Assembly (NCBI GenBank): GCA_037140515.1
Contig: JBAXEI010000002.1
Coordinates: 39,703-103,702, forward strand
Direction of reading: 5' to 3'
DNA: 64,000 nucleotides
Source: Candidatus Berkelbacteria bacterium
GTDB lineage: Bacteria; Patescibacteriota; UBA1384; XYA2-FULL-43-10; 1-14-0-10-43-13
Positions 58,423 to 64,000 of the stretch are shown piece after piece. Position numbers and translations under genes: made by a program. Every line of letters starts with the position of its first letter. Positions within the stretch are counted from its first letter, which is position 1. Below the pieces are notes generated by a model, which worked only from the letters and a program-made list of their open reading frames with translations, was not told the DNA's origin and did not search any database.

Positions 58423-58550
58423 GGTTAGAACTAAGCGCGCAAAACAAGCAAATTCATGAATAAATTTCATCGTCTGGATCCCACCTCTCAAGCCACAGGC
58501 TGGGATGACAGGAAGGGGAGGTTAGAACTAAGCGCGCAAAACAAGCAAAT
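58423..58550. repeat. Perfect 31-bp direct repeat, two copies 66 bp apart
   Basis: GGTTAGAACTAAGCGCGCAAAACAAGCAAAT at 58423-58453 and 58520-58550. Confidence 0.9.
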
Positions 58551-58690
58551 AATTTTGATAAGAATGTGATGGTTTCATACTATTCATGCTTATCAAAATA
58601 AAACTCATGAAAATGAGTTGATAACGCAACTGACTTTGTGAATCGAAGATTTGCAAAGTAGTATCCCAAAATTTGTTTGGAGGAAATGCC

Positions 58691-59803
58691 ATGAAGCTTA
58701 TCACAACAGCTTGTCTGGTCATCTTATTACTTGTAGTGGCTCTTGCACCTGTGAGAGCTTCTGTAGCAAGTAGCATTGCAGCACCGCTGTACAACAGTAC
58801 AACGGTCCTGAATAATGCCGGGTTTAATCCGGTGGTCAAGTCCGCGGCTAGCGCCGAGAACAAGACTCCGGACGCAACATTACGTACAGGCACTTGGAGC
58901 ACGAACATCATTGTTCCGAAGTCCAGTGCAATGGCGCAGTTTAGATTTTTACTCATCGACATGAAAATTCAGGGTTTCGACCTTGGAAAATATACTGGAG
59001 TGAAAGTAAAAATCGACGACTCGATGATCAGCAAAGAGTCGATCAATCCTAATAAGTTAAAATCCGAATCAAAAAAAGGCGAAGTCTATGCAAACCCCGA
59101 AGGGGCTTACAAAGGCTCAACCCAATTTTGTAAGGGAAATTTGACACAGGGAGCTTTAACGCTTCGCGCCGACGGCGTTTTAGTTGTAGACACTAGCAAG
59201 CTGGATTTAGACCAGTACTGCTTAGAGTTTTCGCTAACTCACGAAGGCAAAGTAGTTAAAGATGATTGGCTCATCTGGATTCACATCACTAATCGTGAAA
59301 AGATGACAGACACCAATTCGTTTTACTTTACCCTTGTCAATCCTTCCAACTATCTTGACGATTACTGTCAGGCACAAGCCGGCACAAATTATCAGGATTC
59401 AGTTGGAAGACTCCAATCGGTTGCATTTTCGTCATATTATGATGAAATATTGAAACCGTATTGGAACTTGATCGATACCCCGATTTCTGCCAACTTAAAG
59501 GCAAATGCGCTTTGGCGCGATGTCAATAATGAGGCGAAGCCCCTGCAAAATACTGCTCCCGTCACAAAGGATTGTACCCATTGGGTACGACTCCAGAAGG
59601 ACGGAAAAGCGTTTAGCGGTTGGGTGAATCTGAAGGTGTCGGAAAATCAGGATGAACCTTCTTTGATCCAAGGCCCATTGATTCTTTTCAATGGTGCTAA
59701 GGTCGGTCCACAGAAAATGTGGATAAGAGAAGAAGGCAAGGATGCTTGGACGGTAAAAGTTATCGATGTCCGCCCGAATGGCGTGACCACAGTGACCCTG
59801 TAA
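58691..59803 (+). CDS. Secreted hypothetical protein
   Basis: GGAGG RBS; signal peptide MKLITTACLVILLLVVALAPVRA. Confidence 0.7.
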   Translation: MKLITTACLVILLLVVALAPVRASVASSIAAPLYNSTTVLNNAGFNPVVKSAASAENKTPDATLRTGTWSTNIIVPKSSAMAQFRFLLIDMKIQGFDLGKYTGVKVKIDDSMISKESINPNKLKSESKKGEVYANPEGAYKGSTQFCKGNLTQGALTLRADGVLVVDTSKLDLDQYCLEFSLTHEGKVVKDDWLIWIHITNREKMTDTNSFYFTLVNPSNYLDDYCQAQAGTNYQDSVGRLQSVAFSSYYDEILKPYWNLIDTPISANLKANALWRDVNNEAKPLQNTAPVTKDCTHWVRLQKDGKAFSGWVNLKVSENQDEPSLIQGPLILFNGAKVGPQKMWIREEGKDAWTVKVIDVRPNGVTTVTL

Positions 59804-59810
59804 GGAGGGC

Positions 59811-60725
59811 GTGATGAGTAAATTCCTAACTTTGGCCATGGCGCTACTGCTTGCAGTGGCCTCGTGGTCCGCCCGTCCCGCGGGCGAACTTCCCTTATTT
59901 GACAAAATCTGCCACACGAACCCTGTTCTTGAACGGGGTCTCGGTCCAGAAATCGTCACAAAGGGTTATTCTATCCAGGCACTTGGTCGCTATGATCGCG
60001 ATGGTAGACCGATGACTTATTATGAGTCATGGACTTCCGGACGGTCCGGCGAAGTGACCTGGTGTCGTTTCCGTGTTGGTGAAGCAGTCGAAGCAAAGAA
60101 AACAGGAGTTCGAGACATAGTTCTCGAAAAAATCCTTTTCGGCGTAGAGACCTGGGAAGCCAAACGAATCGTCCGATGTGGCAATCCTACAGCAATAACT
60201 TTCTATTTATGGAAAGTAAAACCTGTGGCAGCCTCAAAAAACGGTTTAAACGGTAAAAACGGCCGAAACGGTCATGACGGTAAACCCGGTCCAAAAGGTG
60301 ATCGTGGCGAAACCGGCCGACCAGGCCGAGATGGAGTTGACGGCAAAGATGGTGCACAAGGCGAACAAGGACCTCCAGGTCCTCCTGCCGAAGTGTATTA
60401 TCCGCCGCAAACCCCCTTACCTCCAGTTTTAACCAATGAGTCATACGCACCCGAATTTCGGGTAAACTATGGCTCAAGCGAATTTCGCCAAGGTCTTCAG
60501 ATCTTTGGCGCGATCGCGATCGTCCCAACACCTGCTCCTGGCAAGGATGGGCTGAATGGTCAAAACGGGAAAAACGGTTTAAACGGTAACAATGGCAATA
60601 ACGGCTTAAACGGCCTACCTGGCCCAGCCGGTCCTCAGGGACCCGCCGGCCCATGTGGTCCAGTTGGTCCGACATATTGCCCGCCACTGCCAATCGGCAC
60701 AACCCCGCCACAACCTAATCTTTAG
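59811..60725 (+). CDS. Secreted collagen-like protein
   Basis: Signal peptide; two Gly-X-Y tracts of 16 and 15 triplets; AAGGAGGG RBS. Confidence 0.85.
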   Translation: MMSKFLTLAMALLLAVASWSARPAGELPLFDKICHTNPVLERGLGPEIVTKGYSIQALGRYDRDGRPMTYYESWTSGRSGEVTWCRFRVGEAVEAKKTGVRDIVLEKILFGVETWEAKRIVRCGNPTAITFYLWKVKPVAASKNGLNGKNGRNGHDGKPGPKGDRGETGRPGRDGVDGKDGAQGEQGPPGPPAEVYYPPQTPLPPVLTNESYAPEFRVNYGSSEFRQGLQIFGAIAIVPTPAPGKDGLNGQNGKNGLNGNNGNNGLNGLPGPAGPQGPAGPCGPVGPTYCPPLPIGTTPPQPNL

Positions 60726-60884
60726 GTTTCTGGCACAATTATCCGAGGAACACTCTCTCTAAGTGAAAGAGTGTTCCCACATCTTAAGACAATAATTGAT
60801 TTTATTGCCTTAAGTATGTGAAAATACACGTAGAAAATTTTATTATCAAAGCTACGAAAAAAACACTATTAATTAGGAGAAAAA

Positions 60885-62072
60885 ATGAACTGTACTGAAA
60901 ACAAAACCAGCACAAAGTCAAAAATCGCTATTGCGCTTTTGGCGGTCGCTGGAGTCTTAGCAGGCGTATTGGCACCATTGGCTTCGGTCAAAGCTGTTGA
61001 TACTGTCGGCCCACGTTTCAACGTCTTGCCAGATGATTACAAGACTTTGCGCGGTGGAAACAAAACAAAAAATGAGCTGTCGAGAAATGCAGTAGTAACT
61101 GGCGTTGCTGGTGATACTGTCTCTGGCTTGGTCTATTACCACAATGATGTCTTGAACACCACTGCCAATAACACCAAAGTCAAAGTAACTTTTCCTGCAC
61201 AGACAACAAATAAAAAAGCGACTGTTTCTGTAAATCTGTCTGCTGACAATGCTGAAAACATTATCAACGACACGATGGAGATTCAGTTGGATCAGGACGC
61301 AAAACTAACATTCGTCCAGGGTTCAGTTCAGTGGTTACCAAACTTCACTGATACGACTAAGCCTGCTGTTGCCCTTCCAAACGGTCAAACAGGTAACGAA
61401 ATTATCACTCCAAATGGTGTTAATCTCGGTGGTATCAACGGTTGTTGGAATTATATCGGTTATGTCTATTTCTTAGTCAAAACTGATAAAATCGACCAAA
61501 AATTACCGGCTCTGAAGATTGAGAAAACTGTTCGTGACTTTACCGTAAATGAAGCAACTTTTGTAAAAGAGAATGAAGCCAAACCAGGCGATGTTCTTGA
61601 ATACAAGATCAGCTATTCAAATACAGGTGAAGGCCCAGCTGCAAACGTAACTGTAAGTGACGTTTTGCCAGCAAATGTAACATATCTTGCCAACACAACT
61701 GTTCTAAACGACGGTACTGGTGAGAAAATGGTTGCAGATGGTATCGCTCAAAGTGGTATCAGCCTTGGCGCAATTGCCAACGGCACTTCGGGCTATGTAA
61801 AGTTCAAAGCCCAAATCAGTTCTACTGTTGCTGCGGATCAAACATTGACGAATACTGGTTATCTTCTGTTCAACAAGCAAAACTTGTCTGATACAGCGAA
61901 AACCAAAATCGTAGTCAGTGTGATCGTCACTCCGGGTCAGCCTGGTGCTGGCAATCCATTGCCTCAGACTGGTGCAGAGACTTATATCATCACTGCGTTA
62001 ATCGTAGCTGCTGGATATGTCACTGCTAAATATCTGAAAAAAAGAAAAGAACTCGCAGAGTTGATCAAATAA
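60885..62072 (+). CDS. DUF11-like surface protein with an LPxTG sorting signal
   Basis: Signal peptide; AKPGDVLEYKISYSNTG..A.NVTVSDVLP; LPQTG, TM and KKRK tail. Confidence 0.85.
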   Translation: MNCTENKTSTKSKIAIALLAVAGVLAGVLAPLASVKAVDTVGPRFNVLPDDYKTLRGGNKTKNELSRNAVVTGVAGDTVSGLVYYHNDVLNTTANNTKVKVTFPAQTTNKKATVSVNLSADNAENIINDTMEIQLDQDAKLTFVQGSVQWLPNFTDTTKPAVALPNGQTGNEIITPNGVNLGGINGCWNYIGYVYFLVKTDKIDQKLPALKIEKTVRDFTVNEATFVKENEAKPGDVLEYKISYSNTGEGPAANVTVSDVLPANVTYLANTTVLNDGTGEKMVADGIAQSGISLGAIANGTSGYVKFKAQISSTVAADQTLTNTGYLLFNKQNLSDTAKTKIVVSVIVTPGQPGAGNPLPQTGAETYIITALIVAAGYVTAKYLKKRKELAELIK

Positions 62073-62089
62073 CTTTGTAGAGAATATAT

Positions 62090-62128
62090 ACAAAACCGCT
62101 CCGACTTATGTTGGGGCGGTTTTGTTTT
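62090..62128 (+). terminator. Intrinsic terminator
   Basis: ACAAAACCGCTCCGAC-TTAT-GTTGGGGCGGTTTTGT followed by Ts. Confidence 0.8.
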
Positions 62129-62172
62129 GTATTACAATTATGCTAAAGTGTAGATATTAATAAGGCAGATTT

Positions 62173-63207
62173 ATGGGATTGAAAGAAAAGCTCGAAGATC
62201 TAAAGATGATCTTGAAAATCGATAAGAAAAAATCTGAAATCGCTCAGATCGAAAAAGAGATGAATGAGCCTGATTTTTGGTTGGATGAAAAAAACGCTAA
62301 CGAAAAAAGTCGCAAACTGAAGAATCTGAAGGACGAAATCAAAGAGTTTATGGACGTTTATGAGATCGCTGAGATTGCTAACGACGAAGAGTTGGAGTCG
62401 ATGCGAGACGAGATCGAGAAGCTTGAGCTCTACTCAATGTTTACAGGCAAATACGATGATCATAATGCGATTATTAACTTTTACGCTGGCGCAGGTGGCG
62501 ATGATGCCCAAGATTGGACCGAAATGTTGCTGAAGATGTATTTGCGTTGGGCAGAAAGCAATGGCTTCCGTGCGATGATTATCAACGAATCACGTGGCAC
62601 AGAAGCGGGGATAAAGAGCGCCACGATCGAAGTTCATGGTCTCTATGCCTATGGAAAACTGAAGGTGGAATCTGGGGTGCATCGGCTTGTCAGACAGTCC
62701 CCATTTAACGCAAAAGCGCTTCGTCAGACATCTTTTGCCCTTGTTCAGGTGTTGCCCGAGATTGAGCAAGAAACAGAGCTTATAATCGATTCTAAGGACA
62801 TTCGGATGGACGTCTTTCGGTCCGGTGGCAATGGCGGACAATCAGTCAATACGACTGATTCGGCTGTGCGTCTGACGCATATTCCAACAGGGATTGTAGT
62901 CGGCTGTCAGAATGAGCGAAGCCAGTTACAAAATCGTGAAAATGCGATGAAAGTACTTCGTTCGCGATTGGCCCAGCTTATGCTTGAGCAACAAAAGGAG
63001 CGCTTGGAGGAGCTAAAAGGCGATTTCTCTTCGCCAGAGTGGGGAAATCAGATTCGTTCTTATGTTCTTCATCCGTACAAAATGGTCAAGGATCATCGAA
63101 CTAATTTCGAGTCCAAAAATCCAGACGATGTTTTGGCAGGAAACTTGAATGGCTTCATTGAGGCTCAGCTCAGACAGCTGATGAAATCAAAAACGACTGT
63201 TGAATAA
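62173..63207 (+). CDS. prfB: Peptide chain release factor 2, uninterrupted ORF
   Basis: GVHRLVRQSPF (SPF), SGGNGGQSVNTTDSAVR, WGNQIRSYV. Confidence 0.96.
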   Translation: MGLKEKLEDLKMILKIDKKKSEIAQIEKEMNEPDFWLDEKNANEKSRKLKNLKDEIKEFMDVYEIAEIANDEELESMRDEIEKLELYSMFTGKYDDHNAIINFYAGAGGDDAQDWTEMLLKMYLRWAESNGFRAMIINESRGTEAGIKSATIEVHGLYAYGKLKVESGVHRLVRQSPFNAKALRQTSFALVQVLPEIEQETELIIDSKDIRMDVFRSGGNGGQSVNTTDSAVRLTHIPTGIVVGCQNERSQLQNRENAMKVLRSRLAQLMLEQQKERLEELKGDFSSPEWGNQIRSYVLHPYKMVKDHRTNFESKNPDDVLAGNLNGFIEAQLRQLMKSKTTVE

Positions 63208-63251
63208 AGTAAAAGTTTAGACGAATATTATATTAACTACAGTGAGGGGAT

Positions 63252-64000
63252 ATGGACAAATACCTAGCAATCTTTCAGGGATTAAAAGCACCAGCGATAC
63301 CAGATATTTCTGGCTTTAATATCAAGAGCAACGAACTGCTTTTGATTATACTTGCAATTTTAATTCTGTCATTTGTTATCGATCTCTTGCTTGTTAATTC
63401 GGTTTTTGGTCGAAGTTATCGGGTTTTCGTTGCTTTTGGCGTGATTGTGCACGAATTCTCGCACGCTCTGTTATGTATTCTTATGGGCGCGAAAATTACG
63501 AAGATTGCGCTTTTTGATAAACAGGGTGGTAGTGTTGAGCATACCAAGCCGCTTGTTCCGATCATCGGCCAGGTTCTGATTTCTCTTGCGCCGTTTTACT
63601 TAGGCGCAGTTGCAATATATTTTCTTTCGCTCTGGATCGGTTTGAAGCAAGTCGACCTAGGTAGCATTAGCCTGACTTTTGATGGGGCAATTCACTTTTT
63701 CAAATCGTTGATCGGAACAATTAATTTCTCGGATTACAAAAACTGGCTGGTCATCTATTTTGTTTTGTCGATTGCAGTCACGATGACTCCAAGCAAGCAA
63801 GATATCAAAAATGTGGCTTTTTCGCTTATTTTTATAGGCTTGGTGATTTATGCCATTTATCATTTTACGGCAATTCGTTTCAGCTTCGCTTGGCTACCAA
63901 TCGAAAAAATCACCGTGCTTTTGTCGACAGTGCTTGTTTTGTTGATTTTGTCTCTGCTTTTGAGTATCATTGTGTTTGCTGTTTCGAAAATGTTGAAACG
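63252..64000 (+). CDS. Membrane M50-like zinc peptidase, running off the window end
   Basis: Read manually from ATG 63252 (GAGGGG RBS): hydrophobic, GVIVHEFSHALLC (HExxH), LISLAPF. Absent from the ORF track because its stop lies outside the window. Confidence 0.75.
   Translation, partial: MDKYLAIFQGLKAPAIPDISGFNIKSNELLLIILAILILSFVIDLLLVNSVFGRSYRVFVAFGVIVHEFSHALLCILMGAKITKIALFDKQGGSVEHTKPLVPIIGQVLISLAPFYLGAVAIYFLSLWIGLKQVDLGSISLTFDGAIHFFKSLIGTINFSDYKNWLVIYFVLSIAVTMTPSKQDIKNVAFSLIFIGLVIYAIYHFTAIRFSFAWLPIEKITVLLSTVLVLLILSLLLSIIVFAVSKMLK

Noticed and set aside
58423-58550. Minimal CRISPR array
   Set aside because: Only two repeats, a 66-bp spacer, no palindrome in the repeat and no cas genes in the window.
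9306-58690. Longest-ORF starts given for dinB, pilins, trpS, nusG, mfd, topA and others
   Set aside because: They run through promoter or RBS sequence, so downstream ATGs that fit family N-termini were used instead.
1043-63863. Many short minus-strand and nested ORFs in the supplied track (e.g. 4187..4729, 20334..20921, 31104..31736, 41457..41915, 60187..60711)
   Set aside because: They shadow well-supported + strand genes and show no recognisable motifs or expression signals.

Overview
A 64-kb chromosomal segment with every credible protein gene on the + strand. Gene content points to a small-genome Patescibacteria (CPR) bacterium using genetic code 11 (inference: no secretin, RF2 present, many weak or absent RBSs). 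In order, it holds: a frameshifted membrane sensor and a histidine kinase; an AbrB-headed efflux operon (heterodimeric ABC transporter plus DHA2 MFS); a Y-family polymerase behind a GTTC-N7-GTTC box; about 18 kb of surface-protein genes (two Gly-rich paralogs, a 310-aa protein and a 4017-aa giant) directly before a type IV pilus cluster (pilN/O/P-like, pilB, pilT, pilC, pilD, six pilins); housekeeping genes (trpS, rnhA, rodA, rplU, secE, nusG, rplK, a shortened mfd, dprA, topA, recR, cysS, dus, prfB); and a small accessory patch (31-bp direct repeat, collagen-like and LPxTG proteins). Three observations stand out. (1) A candidate minus-strand sRNA of about 110 nt sits where rplA normally lies. 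It has its own promoter and terminator, a rod with five strand-specific G-U pairs, and a loop UUGCCCCUCCUUU complementary to the GGAGGG/GAGGGGCAA leaders of pilus and surface-protein genes. (2) A beta-helix protein appears split, with its last ~80 aa carried on the end of the giant protein. (3) The giant protein shows nested domain insertions. No tRNA, rRNA, transposase, cas or reverse transcriptase gene was recognised. All calls were made by eye, with no database searches.
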